Assembly (NCBI GenBank): GCA_963775425.1
Contig: CAVZJB010000009.1
Coordinates: 272,616 to 336,615 of the forward strand
Direction: 5' to 3'
DNA from: an uncultured delta proteobacterium
Lineage (GTDB): Bacteria; Myxococcota; UBA727; VGSZ01
DNA length: 64,000 nucleotides
How positions within the stretch are numbered: the first letter of the stretch is position 1; each line of letters begins with the position of its first letter. The notes under the pieces were generated by a model. That model searched no databases. It saw only the letters and a program-made list of their open reading frames with translations, and was not told the DNA's origin. Positions 40,561 through 50,800 of the stretch are shown piece by piece. Both the position numbers and the translations under genes were made by a program.

Positions 40561-41922
40561 ATGAGCAACACGTCGCTGCCCCCCACGTTCCTCGCCGAGA
40601 CCACCGCGCGCCTGCGGGCCGCCAACGAGCCCGTCACCCGTCGCTTCGTCGGCGAGAGCGCCTCACGCCAGCCGGTGCACACGGTCTACGGCGGGGCGCA
40701 GCTCTTCAAGAAGGACGCGGCGTGGAAGCTCGGCCGCGGCGCGCTCAAGGCGCTCGACGAGTACGCGCCCTCGGCGGACGTGTTCGCGCGCGCCGCGGGC
40801 ATCCGCGCCGACGTCGCCGGCGTCGTGTACGAGCGCGTGCGCGAGAAGCTCGTGCGCGAGCCCGTCGAGGACATGCGCATCGACTTCGAGGACGGCTACG
40901 GCAACCGCCCCGACGACGAAGAAGACGCCGAGGCGGTGCGCTGCGCGCACGAGGTGGCCGCCGGCATGAAGGATCCGCGCGCGCCGGGCAGCGGGCTGCC
41001 GCCGTTCATCGGCATTCGCATCAAGACCTTCTCGGACGAGCTGTTCGCGCGCGCGGTGCGCACCCTCGACCTTTTCGTGAGCGCGCTCGTCAAAGACACC
41101 GGCGGTAAGCTGCCGGACGGCTTCGTCATCACGCAGCCGAAGATCACCACGGCCGAGCACGTCGCCGTCCTCGCCGACGTCCTCGAAGCGCTGGAGGAGC
41201 GCCTCGGCCTGTCGTCGGGGGCGTTGCAGCTCGAGGTGATGATCGAGGCGACGCAGTCCATCCTGGACATCGACGGCAGGATCGCCCTGCCCAGGATCCT
41301 CGACGCCGCGCGCGGCCGCTGCGTGGCCGCGCACTTCGGGACCTACGACTACACCGCGTCCAACAACATCACCGCCGCGTACCAGTCCATGGAGCACGCG
41401 GTCTGCGACTTCGCCCGCACCTTCATGTTGCAGGCGTACGCGGGCACGGGCGTGTGGCTCAGCGACGGAGCCACCAACGTGATGCCGGTGCCGGTGCACC
41501 GCGCGGCCGACGGCCACGCGCTCACCGCCGCGCAGGTCGCCGAGAACGTGTCGGTGGTGCACGCGGCGTGGGCGCTGCACGTGCGCCACATCCGCCACTC
41601 GCTGGAAAACGGCTACTACCAGGGCTGGGACCTCCACCCCGCGCAGCTCCCCACGCGCTACGGCGCGCTCTACGCGTTCTTCCTCGAGGCGCTCCCCGCG
41701 GCGAGCGAGCGCCTGAAGAACTTCGTGCAGAAGGCCGCGCAGGCCACGCTCGTGGGCGACGTCTTCGACGACGCCGCCACGGGCCAGGGCCTGTTGAACT
41801 TCTTCCTGCGCGGCATCAACTGCGGCGCCCTCAAGGAGGACGAGGCCCTCGCCACGGGCCTCACCCTCGACGAGCTGCGCGGCCGCAGCTTCGTCAAGAT
41901 CTTGAAGAACCGTCGGGGTTGA
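40561..41922 (+). CDS. HpcH/CitE-like (aldolase / citrate-lyase beta superfamily) TIM-barrel protein
   Basis: Start MSNTSLPP. Motifs: RIDFEDGYG (compare the DLEDAV motif of CitE), FIGIRIKTF, LQLEVMIEATQSI, HFGTYDY. The assignment is at superfamily level only. Confidence 0.55.
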   Translation: MSNTSLPPTFLAETTARLRAANEPVTRRFVGESASRQPVHTVYGGAQLFKKDAAWKLGRGALKALDEYAPSADVFARAAGIRADVAGVVYERVREKLVREPVEDMRIDFEDGYGNRPDDEEDAEAVRCAHEVAAGMKDPRAPGSGLPPFIGIRIKTFSDELFARAVRTLDLFVSALVKDTGGKLPDGFVITQPKITTAEHVAVLADVLEALEERLGLSSGALQLEVMIEATQSILDIDGRIALPRILDAARGRCVAAHFGTYDYTASNNITAAYQSMEHAVCDFARTFMLQAYAGTGVWLSDGATNVMPVPVHRAADGHALTAAQVAENVSVVHAAWALHVRHIRHSLENGYYQGWDLHPAQLPTRYGALYAFFLEALPAASERLKNFVQKAAQATLVGDVFDDAATGQGLLNFFLRGINCGALKEDEALATGLTLDELRGRSFVKILKNRRG

Positions 41923-41932
41923 AGGCAGCGGC

Positions 41933-42943
41933 ATGCCCGTCGCCAATCCGGTCCAGTTCGCCGTGGTGCGCGAGGATCCCGTCGTCGAGCTCTCGCTCCT
42001 CGCGGACGTCCGGCGCGGCGCTTCGACCGCGGCGCTGCTCATCGCCTCGGGCGGCTGCACGGCGCTCACGGTCGCGGCGGCGCGCCCCGACGTGGCGCTC
42101 ACGCTGCTCGATGCGAACCCCGCCCAGCTCGCCCTCGTCGAGCGAAAGCGCGCCGCGCTCGCCGCGCACGCGCCGGGGTCGGCCGCGCGGCGGCGCACCT
42201 TCGGCGTCGACGCGGACGACGCGGCGTCCCTGTCGGGGTGCGGCAACTTCGAGTCGCTGTTTCGCGGGCTGCGCGCCGTGCTCGATGACCTGGTGATGCC
42301 GGCGGCCGAGCGGCGCGCGCTCCTCGCGGGCGACGGCGGCGCGGGCGCGCTCACCGGCAACAGGTACTGGCCGGTGGCGTTCGAGATGTTCTTCTCCGAC
42401 GCCATGCTCGAGGCCATGTTCGGGCCCGAGGCCACGCAGCACGCGGACAAGGGCTCGTACCCGGCGTACTTCCGCCGCGTCGTCGAGCGCGCCCTCGCCG
42501 GCGGCGCGGGGGGAGCGCCGGCGCGCGCGAACCCGTATCTTCACCACGTGTTGCTCGGCCACTACCTCGACGGCGCTCTGCCGGCGTTCCTGGAGCGCAT
42601 GACATGCGCGCAGGCGGAGGGCGCGCGCTTCAATCTCGTCGAGGGGAGCGTGACGCGGGGGCCGTCCTTCTCGGCGTTCGACCTCGTGTCGCTGTCGAAC
42701 CTCTTCGACTGGATGAGCGACGACGACGTGGCCGCGACGTGCGCGCGCCTCGCCGCCGAGTCCAAGCCCGGCGCCGTCGTGGTCTTGCGCCAGCTCAACA
42801 ACCGCGCTCCGGTCGAGCGCTTCTTCGGCGACGCGTTCCGCTTCGACGACGCACGCGCCGCGGCGCTCCTCGCCCGCGACCGCAGCATGTTCTACGAGCG
42901 CCTCGTGGTCGGCACGCGGGTCGCCGGCGGGGGTGGCGCATGA
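41933..42943 (+). CDS. BtaA-like (DUF3419-type) class I SAM-dependent enzyme
   Basis: Motifs: FAVVREDP, LLIASGGCTALT, LLDANPAQLALVE, YWPVAFEMFFSD, NPYLHHVLLGHY, SLSNLFDWMSDDD. It starts 10 nt after the upstream stop. Confidence 0.55.
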   Translation: MPVANPVQFAVVREDPVVELSLLADVRRGASTAALLIASGGCTALTVAAARPDVALTLLDANPAQLALVERKRAALAAHAPGSAARRRTFGVDADDAASLSGCGNFESLFRGLRAVLDDLVMPAAERRALLAGDGGAGALTGNRYWPVAFEMFFSDAMLEAMFGPEATQHADKGSYPAYFRRVVERALAGGAGGAPARANPYLHHVLLGHYLDGALPAFLERMTCAQAEGARFNLVEGSVTRGPSFSAFDLVSLSNLFDWMSDDDVAATCARLAAESKPGAVVVLRQLNNRAPVERFFGDAFRFDDARAAALLARDRSMFYERLVVGTRVAGGGGA

Positions 42944-43689
42944 GCGCGGCGGCGCCCCCGGAGAGCGCGGGTCGCTCGGCTGCCTCGCCGGAGCTCGTGC
43001 GGCTCATCGACGACGTGCTCGCCGACGTCGACTACGCCGAGAACCCCTACTTCACCGCGCTGCGCGACGGGAGCTTTTCGCGCGAGGACTTCCTCGAGAC
43101 GCAGCTCCAATTCCACGCGGCGGTGACGTTCTTCTCGCGGCCCATGGCGGCGCTGGCGGCCAAGATCCCGTCCGCGGAGCTGCGCGTGGAGATCGTGCGC
43201 AACGTGTGGGAGGAGCACGGCGAGGGCGATCCCGCGCGCATGCACGGCGCCACCTTCGTCGAGCTCCTGGCGCGCCTCACCGGCGGCGCCGCCGACGAGG
43301 TGCGGCGGGAGATCGAGCGCCGCCCCCTCTGGCCGGAGGTGCGCGCGTTCAACACCCTCCTCGCCGGCGTCTGCGTGCTCGACGAGTACCTCGTGGGCGT
43401 CGGCTGTATGGGCATCGTCGAGCGGATGTTCGCCGAGATCTCCGGCTGGATCGGAAACGCCATCGTCGCCCGCGGGTTCCTGCCCGCCGACCGGATGATC
43501 CACTACAGCCTTCACGAGTCCCTCGACGTCAAGCACGCGTCCGACTTCTTCGCCGTGCTCGACGCCGCCTGGGGCGCCGCCGACGAGCGCTACCGCATCG
43601 AGCAAGGCCTGCGCATGGGCGCCATCGCGTTCGACCAGCTCTACGCGCGCCTGTACCGCTGCCGCGACCGCCGCTGGGTGCGCCCGTGA
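42940..43689 (+). CDS. Heme-oxygenase-like diiron (iron-containing redox enzyme family) protein
   Basis: ATGA overlap with the upstream stop. Motifs: NPYFTALRDGSFSREDFLETQLQFHAAVTFF, VWEEHGEGDPARMHGATF, HESLDVKHA (helical E/H-rich ligand pattern). Confidence 0.6.
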   Translation: MSAAAPPESAGRSAASPELVRLIDDVLADVDYAENPYFTALRDGSFSREDFLETQLQFHAAVTFFSRPMAALAAKIPSAELRVEIVRNVWEEHGEGDPARMHGATFVELLARLTGGAADEVRREIERRPLWPEVRAFNTLLAGVCVLDEYLVGVGCMGIVERMFAEISGWIGNAIVARGFLPADRMIHYSLHESLDVKHASDFFAVLDAAWGAADERYRIEQGLRMGAIAFDQLYARLYRCRDRRWVRP

Positions 43690-44846
43690 CGCGCCCGCGT
43701 CGTCGACCGCGCGCGGGGCGCCCGCCCACGGGCCGGTGGGCCGCCGCGCCCGTCACCGCCCTCGTCCTCGCCGTCACCGGCGCGCTCGCGGGCTGCCCCG
43801 CGCCGGCGAGCGAGGATCCGTTCGAGCTCGTCATCGCCGCCAAGAAGGCGGCCGCCGACGTGCGCGCCGACGGCGCCCGCGTCGCCTACACCGACGGCCT
43901 GGAGGCGAGCAGCGACGGCCAGGGGGTCGGGGTCGACGTCGTCGTCGCCGAGCGCGGCGAGGAGATCCTGCGCGCGCCGGCCGACGTCGCCGTGCGCGGG
44001 ATGGCGCTCGGCAAGACCTCCGTGGCCACGCTCGAGCTCGCCGAGGCCGCCGCCGTCAATCAGCACGTGGTCATCCGTCCCCTCGACGGCGGCGACGCCA
44101 TCGATGTCCCTCGCACGGACGCGCCCCTCGCCCTCGCCGCCGTCGACGACGGCGCCGGCTACCTCTGGATCGAAGCGCGCCTCGACGGCACCGACGACAC
44201 CGGCGGCGGCGTCGACGGCCTCTATGTGCTCACGCTCGTCGAGGCCGGCGAGGACGGTGTGGTGACCAGGCGCACGCCCTTCGACGCCGGAGAGATCCGC
44301 GCCCCCGCCGCCGTCCTCGAGCTGTTCCCGCGCCCCTTCGGCGTGCTCGTCGCCGGTGACGACGTCTACTTCGGCTGGGACTCCGACCTCTGCCGCGGCG
44401 GCTCCGTGCTCTACCGCGTGAGCCGCGCCGACGGCCACGGCGTCGCGGAGTGGCGCGGGCGCGTCGCCGCCGTCGGCCCCGTCGACGGCACGACGTGCGA
44501 GTGCGACACCACCGTCGCCGACAACGTCACGGACCGCGGCCAGGCCGTCGCGCTGGACGCGGGGACACCGGTGGTGGTGGGCGGTGTCTTCGACTGCGCC
44601 TCCGTGAGCGCGGAGCGCGGCTTCGTGCGTGACGGCGAGGACAGCGCCGAGGTCGAAGACGCGCTCCGCTTCGCGGGCTTCTCGTCGAGCGGCGTCACGG
44701 CCACCACGCCCACGGGAGTGGTGAAGCTCGTCGGCGTCGGCGAGGGCGCCGTCGTGAACGCCCACTCGCGCGTGACCGGCCTCGCGGTGGACGGCGGCGA
44801 CGTGTTCTTCAGCCTCGAGGACGGCGTCTACCGCCTCACGCCGTGA
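43686..44846 (+). CDS. Probable lipoprotein, unknown function
   Basis: GTG start in a GTGA overlap. Signal peptide WAAAPVTALVLAVTGALAGC. The remainder is beta-rich. No family recognised. Confidence 0.55.
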   Translation: MTRPRRRPRAGRPPTGRWAAAPVTALVLAVTGALAGCPAPASEDPFELVIAAKKAAADVRADGARVAYTDGLEASSDGQGVGVDVVVAERGEEILRAPADVAVRGMALGKTSVATLELAEAAAVNQHVVIRPLDGGDAIDVPRTDAPLALAAVDDGAGYLWIEARLDGTDDTGGGVDGLYVLTLVEAGEDGVVTRRTPFDAGEIRAPAAVLELFPRPFGVLVAGDDVYFGWDSDLCRGGSVLYRVSRADGHGVAEWRGRVAAVGPVDGTTCECDTTVADNVTDRGQAVALDAGTPVVVGGVFDCASVSAERGFVRDGEDSAEVEDALRFAGFSSSGVTATTPTGVVKLVGVGEGAVVNAHSRVTGLAVDGGDVFFSLEDGVYRLTP

Positions 44847-44906
44847 CGCGGCGGTCCGGCCGCCGTTGACCGCGAGCGCCCGGCGCGGTCTCACTGCACC
44901 CAGGGC

Positions 44907-45707
44907 ATGCGCTTCTTCAAGATCACCCGCGAGATCCTGCCGCGCTGGCAGGAGAAGCTCGAGGCGCTCGAGCAACTGAGCGTCTATCCCCTCGGCGCCG
45001 ACGCCTTTCGCCTCACGCACGGCGCGGACTACTTCGCGTTCTTCGAGCGCATGGGCGAGGTCCACTACTACGCGATCGAGGAGGGCGGCGCGCTCGCCGC
45101 GGTCGCTTGCGGCGTGTTGCGGCCGGCGTCGGTGCGGGCGCCGCGTCGCTGGTACGCCGCGGACCTGAAGGTGCACCCGGCCTTTCGTGGGAGACACCTG
45201 CCGATCACGCTGCTCCGCCGCGCGTTCCTCCAAAACTGGCTCCGCTGCGGGCGCGGGTACGCGGTGGCGATGGACCCGTCCGACGGGCGCGTGCCTCCGG
45301 GGGTGCGGCTGATGGCGCACTTCAAGTGGATCCCGATGTCATTGATGGCGCTCGCCAAGATCGACGTCTACGCCGCCGACGAGCACGGGATGAAGCGCGC
45401 CGCGCCGCTCATCGCGCGTGGAGGCGTGCGGCCTCGATACGTATCGCTCGCAGGGGTCAAGGACCTCGTGCTCGAGAGCTCCAAGGCGCCGCTCGATCTT
45501 CTTCACGTGTCGTTTGCGCCCACCGGCGACGACCGGGTCTACGAGGCGCCGCAACGCGGGGCCACGCACATGTGGTGCGTGCCACGTGAGCACGCGCTGG
45601 CCGGCGCGCTCGCCGCCGAGGGCTTCACGCCCACGGCGAGCGCGACGCTCTTGCACCACCGGCTCGCGCGTATGGATTGGGCGACGCTCGAGACCTGCGA
45701 GATCTGA
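44907..45707 (+). CDS. Hypothetical protein, possibly GNAT-like acyltransferase
   Basis: 266-aa ORF. YAADLKVHPAFRGRHLPITLLRRAF resembles the GNAT acyl-CoA-binding motif. The assignment is weak. Confidence 0.45.
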   Translation: MRFFKITREILPRWQEKLEALEQLSVYPLGADAFRLTHGADYFAFFERMGEVHYYAIEEGGALAAVACGVLRPASVRAPRRWYAADLKVHPAFRGRHLPITLLRRAFLQNWLRCGRGYAVAMDPSDGRVPPGVRLMAHFKWIPMSLMALAKIDVYAADEHGMKRAAPLIARGGVRPRYVSLAGVKDLVLESSKAPLDLLHVSFAPTGDDRVYEAPQRGATHMWCVPREHALAGALAAEGFTPTASATLLHHRLARMDWATLETCEI

Positions 45708-45709
45708 AC

Positions 45710-47662
45710 GTGTGCGGCATCGTCGCCGTCCTGCGCCTCGGCGAGCGTCCGCTGCCCGGGGACGACGCGGTACGCGCGATGACCCGAGCCATCGCTCACC
45801 GCGGCCCCGACGGCGAAGGCTTCCATCGCGACGACGACGTCGCGCTCGGCGTGGTGCGGCTGGCGGTCGTCGACGTCGGGCACGGGCGGCAGCCGGCGCG
45901 CGGCTGCCGCGGCGCCGGGCCCGTGTCCGTCGTGAACGGCGAGCTCTACGAGCACCGCCCGCTGCGCGCGGAGCTCGCCGCGCGGCACGAGATCGTCGAC
46001 GCGTGCGACGCCACGCTGCTGCCGCATTTGTACGAGGACCACGGCGCCAACATGGTGCTGCACATGCACGGCATGTTCGCCTTTGCGCTGTGGGACCGGC
46101 GCGAGCGCACGCTGCTCCTCGGCCGCGACCGCCTCGGCATCAAACCGCTCTTCTTCGCCGTCACGCCCGACTTCCTCGTTGCTGCGTCGGAGGCAAAGGC
46201 GATCTTCGCCTCCGGCCTCGTCCAGCCGCGCATCGATCGCGACGCCGTCGACGACCTCTTCTCCCTGGGGTACCCGTGCCCGCCGCGCACGATGTTCGCC
46301 GGCGTCACTGCGGTGCCCCCGGGGCACACGGTGACGGCTCGCGCGGGCGGCGGCGCACAGCGAGGCCGCGTCGACGCCGCTCGCCGCTACTGGCGCGCGC
46401 CGCTGTCTCCGCCGGCGCACACCGGCCAACGAGGGTCGCCCGCGGGGTCGGCCGCCGACGTCCACGACGCCCTCGCCGCCGCCTTGCGCACGCACCTCGA
46501 CGCCGACGTCCCCGTGGCCACGTGGCTGTCCGGAGGGCTCGACTCGTCCGCGGTCTCGGCGCTCGCGCGCGAGGCCGCCGGCGCGCCGCTCCCCGCGTTC
46601 GCGCTCACGTTCCCGGGAGACCCCGAGGGGCTCGACGAGAGCGCACCCGCGCGCGCCGTCGCCCGCTTCCTCGGCGCGGACCTGGACGAGGTGCCCATGG
46701 GAGCTCCGGCGGCTTCGTTGCTCGAGCGCATGACGTGGCACCTCGAGCTCCCGCTCCTCGTCCCCGGCGCGCTCGGCGGCCTCCTGCTCTCCGAGCGGCA
46801 GCGCGCGCGAGGCTTCAAGGTCACGCTCACCGGCGACGGTGCCGATGAGGTGCTCGGCGGCTACGACGTGTTTCGCGCGAGCCGCGCGCGCCGGCTCCTC
46901 GGGGCGCGCGCGTTCTCCGCCGCCGTCGTCGCGGGCGACGCGCTCGGCCTCCTCTCGCCGCGCGGCATCGGTGCGTTCCTCGCGCAAAACGCCCGCGCGC
47001 CACGGACGGACATCGTCGCCCGCGCGTACGGCGGCGTGCGCCCACCCTGGCTCGAGCAGTGGGCGCTCCTCGACGTCGAGCGCGCGGCGCTCCTGTCGCC
47101 CGACGGCAGGCGCGTGCGCCCGATCGAAGAGGCGCCCGCGGGCTTCGCCGCTTTGGTGCGCGAGGACGCCGTCGCGCTCGATCCGCTCGACGCCGAGATC
47201 GCGCTGGAGCTGGAGACGCGCCTGCCCGCGTGGATCCTGGTCATCGGTGATCGCTCATCGATGGCCCACGGGGTCGAGGCCCGCTTGCCGTTCCTCGACG
47301 ACGACGTCGTGCGCACGCTCCTCGCCGTCCGGCCGGCGCTGAAGATGCGCGGGATGCGCGAGAAGGCCGTGCTGCGCGACGCCGTCGCGGGGCTGCTGCC
47401 GCGCGCCATCGTGCGGCGCAGGAAGCAGCCGTTCATGACGCCGATCGCGCCGTGGTTCTTCCCGCCGGGAGCTACGCCGCCCGCCCTGACGCGCGCGCGG
47501 CTCGAGGACGCCGGGCTGTTCGACGCCGCCGTCGTCGCGCGGCTCCTCACGCGTCTGCACACCTCGCGCCCCGGGACGCTCGAGCGCGTCCGGCTGGAGA
47601 TGGTGCTGATGCTCGTCCTCGGGACGCAGCTCCTGCACGCGTCTTTCGTGGCCAGGGCTTAG
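45710..47662 (+). CDS. Asparagine synthetase B-like glutamine amidotransferase / adenylating enzyme
   Basis: The GTG-TGC start gives the N-terminal nucleophile (M)CGIVAV. Motifs: GELYEH, RDRLGIKPLFF, SGGLDSS (PP-loop), LTGDGADEVLGGY. It starts 2 nt after the upstream stop. Confidence 0.85.
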   Translation: MCGIVAVLRLGERPLPGDDAVRAMTRAIAHRGPDGEGFHRDDDVALGVVRLAVVDVGHGRQPARGCRGAGPVSVVNGELYEHRPLRAELAARHEIVDACDATLLPHLYEDHGANMVLHMHGMFAFALWDRRERTLLLGRDRLGIKPLFFAVTPDFLVAASEAKAIFASGLVQPRIDRDAVDDLFSLGYPCPPRTMFAGVTAVPPGHTVTARAGGGAQRGRVDAARRYWRAPLSPPAHTGQRGSPAGSAADVHDALAAALRTHLDADVPVATWLSGGLDSSAVSALAREAAGAPLPAFALTFPGDPEGLDESAPARAVARFLGADLDEVPMGAPAASLLERMTWHLELPLLVPGALGGLLLSERQRARGFKVTLTGDGADEVLGGYDVFRASRARRLLGARAFSAAVVAGDALGLLSPRGIGAFLAQNARAPRTDIVARAYGGVRPPWLEQWALLDVERAALLSPDGRRVRPIEEAPAGFAALVREDAVALDPLDAEIALELETRLPAWILVIGDRSSMAHGVEARLPFLDDDVVRTLLAVRPALKMRGMREKAVLRDAVAGLLPRAIVRRRKQPFMTPIAPWFFPPGATPPALTRARLEDAGLFDAAVVARLLTRLHTSRPGTLERVRLEMVLMLVLGTQLLHASFVARA

Positions 47663-47828
47663 GGCCCCCGAATGAACAACTCGATCGCCCTCGCGGCCGA
47701 TCCATCGCCGCTGGCTTCGTTGCTCGTCGGTCACGTGGCGACGGCCACGCTCCCTCCTCGCGCCTCGCCATCGGCGCGCCTCGACCGCGATCATCGACCG
47801 ACTTGTTCATTCGAGGGCCCTTAGCCCT
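47654..47828. repeat. 175-bp element bounded by 34-bp imperfect inverted repeats, located exactly between two convergent stop codons
   Basis: Left arm 47654-47687: agggcttagggcccccgaatgaacaactcgatcg. The reverse complement of 47795-47828 is agggctaagggccctcgaatgaacaagtcggtcg (30/34 identical). The asnB-like stop (47660-62) lies inside the left arm. The NRPS stop (47829-31) abuts the right arm. Confidence 0.6.
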
Positions 47829-50800
47829 CTAGATCGCGTCGGCCGCGCCGACGTCGGCCTGCGGGGCGGCGGCGAGGGAGCGCGGACGCGCGGGGCGCTT
47901 GTCGACGACCTCGTCGATGAGGCCCGTGATGCACGTGGCCATGCGCTCGATGTTCTCGCTCCGAAACAGCTCGAGGTGCGAGCCCTTCACCGTGACGACG
48001 TCGATGCGACCCTTGACCCAGCGGCGCCAGCCGTTGGTGGGATCGTCCATGCGCGTGGCCGGCCAGCGGAAGGGATGCTCGGCGACAAAGAGCAGGAGCG
48101 GCGCCGTCTCTCCGTTCTGTTTGGGCATGTACGCGAGCTGGGCCTGCGTGAGGATGGCCCAGATCTGCTTCATGCGATCTTCGCGCTCACGGTCGGCGCC
48201 GTCGACGGCGGGCGCGAGCAGCTCGCCGAGGCCGAGCTTGAAGAGCAAGCGGCGGCGCACGTTGTCGATGCGATCCTTCACGTAGTTGAAGCGGCCCAAG
48301 GCGTCACGCCTGCGCAGCTCCTCGACATGCGCGAGCGCGCGCTCCATGCGCGGAAGCTTCTCGGGATAGCCGGGCGCGAAGGCGTCGAACGCGACGATGG
48401 CGCCGACGTTCTTCCCGCGCCGGCGCAGCCGGTGCGCGAGCTCGTAGGCGACCATGGCCCCGAAGCTGTAGCCGCCGACGACGAGCTGCTGCCCCGACAG
48501 CCCGCGCGCGTCGAGCTCGCGCTCGTAGGCCGCGGCGATCTCCTCGACCGACTCGCGTGGCAGGTCTTCGCCGTCGGCGCCGATGGCGGTGAAGGCGTAG
48601 ACGGGTTGATCGGGCCCGAGCCGCTGCGCGAGCTCGCGAAAGATGAACACCTGGCCGCCCGCGCCGGACACGATGAGCAGCGGCGGGCGCGTCCCGTGCG
48701 CGTTCAACACGACGAGGTGGCTCTGCGGCTCGGACGTCGCGCGCTCGCCGTCGCCGAGGCTCTGCGCGAGCGCGGCGATGGTGGGCTTCGCCAGGATGCG
48801 CGACAGCGGGACGTTGATGCCCAGCTCCTTCTTCAGCCGCGACACCACCACGACCGCGAGCAGCGAGTGGCCGCCCATGTCGTCGAAGAAGTCGTCGTGA
48901 ACACCCACCGGCGCGCGCAAGACGTCGCTCCACAGGGCGACGAGCTTCTCCTCGAGCGGGGTGCGCGGTGGGGACAGCGCGCGCCGCTCGAGGACGAGCG
49001 CCGGATCAGGGAGCGCCGCGCGGTCGAGCTTGCCGTTGGAGGTGACCGGCAGGCGGTCGAGCCGCACCAGGGCCGAAGGCACCATGAAGTCCGGCAGCGC
49101 CGCAGCCACCGCCGCCTTCAACGACGGCGCGTCGAAGGGCTGCGCCGCATGGAGCGGCACGACGTACGCCACCACGGCCTTCGCGCCGGAGGCGTCGGGG
49201 CGCGCGACGCACACGACGTCGCGCACGCCGGGCTGCTTGCGCAGCACGGCTTCGATCTCGCCGAGCTCGACGCGGAAGCCGCGCACCTTCACCTGGAAGT
49301 CGGCGCGCCCGAGGAACTCCATGGTGCCGTCGTCCCAGAAGCGCGCGAGGTCGCCCGTCTTGTAGATGCGCTCGCCCGGGAGGAACGGATCGGGGAGGAA
49401 CCGCTCGGCGGTGAGCTCCTCGCGGTTGAGGTAGCCGTCGGCGAGGCAGAGGCCGCCGATGTAGAGGTCGCCGGCGATGCCGGTGGGCGCCGGGCGCATG
49501 TGGCGATCGAGGATGTAGTAGCGGGCGTTGTCGATGGGACGGCCGTAGGGGATGGAGCGCCACGACGGGTCTACGTGGCCGATGCGGTGGAAGTTCGACC
49601 AGATGGCGGCCTCGGTGGCGCCGCCGAACGACACGGGTTCCACACCCTCGAACACCTCGCGCAGGTGGTCGGGCAGCTTGACCGGGATCCAGTCGCCGGA
49701 CATGAGCGCGAGCCGCAGCGTCGACGACGGCGCGCGCGCCGGAAAGAACGGCGCGAGCCGCGCCAGCGCCGGCGGCGCGGAGTCCCAGATGGTGATGCCG
49801 GGCGCGGTGAGCTTCTTCACCAGGAGCTCCGGCTCGCGCAGCGTCTCCACCGAAGCGATCTCGACGACGGCGCCGGCGCCGAGCGCGCCGAAGACGTCGT
49901 AGACGGACAGGTCGAAGCTCGGGGACGTGACGAACAAGAGCTTGTCGCGCGGGCCGACGCTGAAGGTGCGGTTCACCCACTGCAGCGTGTTCGTCACCGC
50001 GCGGTGCGTGAGCACCACGCCCTTGGGCCTGCCGGTGCTGCCCGACGTGTAGATGGCGTAGCTCACGTCCCTCGAGGCGGCGACGCGCGCGGGCCGGGTG
50101 TCGGGAGCGCCCTGCACGTCCGCGCCGTCGACGCCCAGGATGGGGATGCCCGGCGGCGGCGCGCCGTCGCCGTGGCCCCACGGCAGCGACGACGACGTCA
50201 CCACCGCCACCGCTCGCGCGTCTTCGACCATGAAGCGCGCGCGCTCTTCGGGGTAGCCCGGGTCCACGGGCACATATGCCGCACCGGACTTGGCGATGCC
50301 GATCATCGTGGTGACGAGGTCGAAGTTGCGGTCGAGCAGGAACGCCACGTATTGGCCGGGCTTCACCCCGCGGGCGCGCAGCGCGTGGGCGAGGCGGTTG
50401 GCGCGCCGCTCCACCTCGGCGAAGGTGAGCGTCTCTCCCTCGAATTCCAGGGCGACGTCGTCAGGCCGCGCGTCCACCTGCTCCTCGAAGAGCGTGTGGA
50501 TGAGGATCTCGTCTGAAAACGGCGCGGCCGTGTCGTTCCAGCCGAAGACCTGCCGCTTGCGGGTCTCGTCGTCGAGGAGGTCGACGCGCGCGAGGGGCTT
50601 TTCGGGATCCGCCGCGACCTGCGCGCACACCGCGGAGATCTGCTCCACCAGCGCGCGCACGCGGGGCGTGTCGACCGCGCCTTCGTCGACGACGAGCGAC
50701 GCCTGTCCGCCGCTCAGGCGCAGCGCCAGGACCGCGCCCGGCGGGAGGGCCTCGCCGTCGTCGAGCAGGACGGCCACGCACGACAGCGCGCTCGTCTGGA

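Noticed and set aside
47452-47832. Small ORFs (87-179 aa) across the convergent intergenic region
   Set aside because: They lie within or across the inverted-repeat element and the 3' ends of real genes. They are Arg-rich and have no ribosome-binding site.
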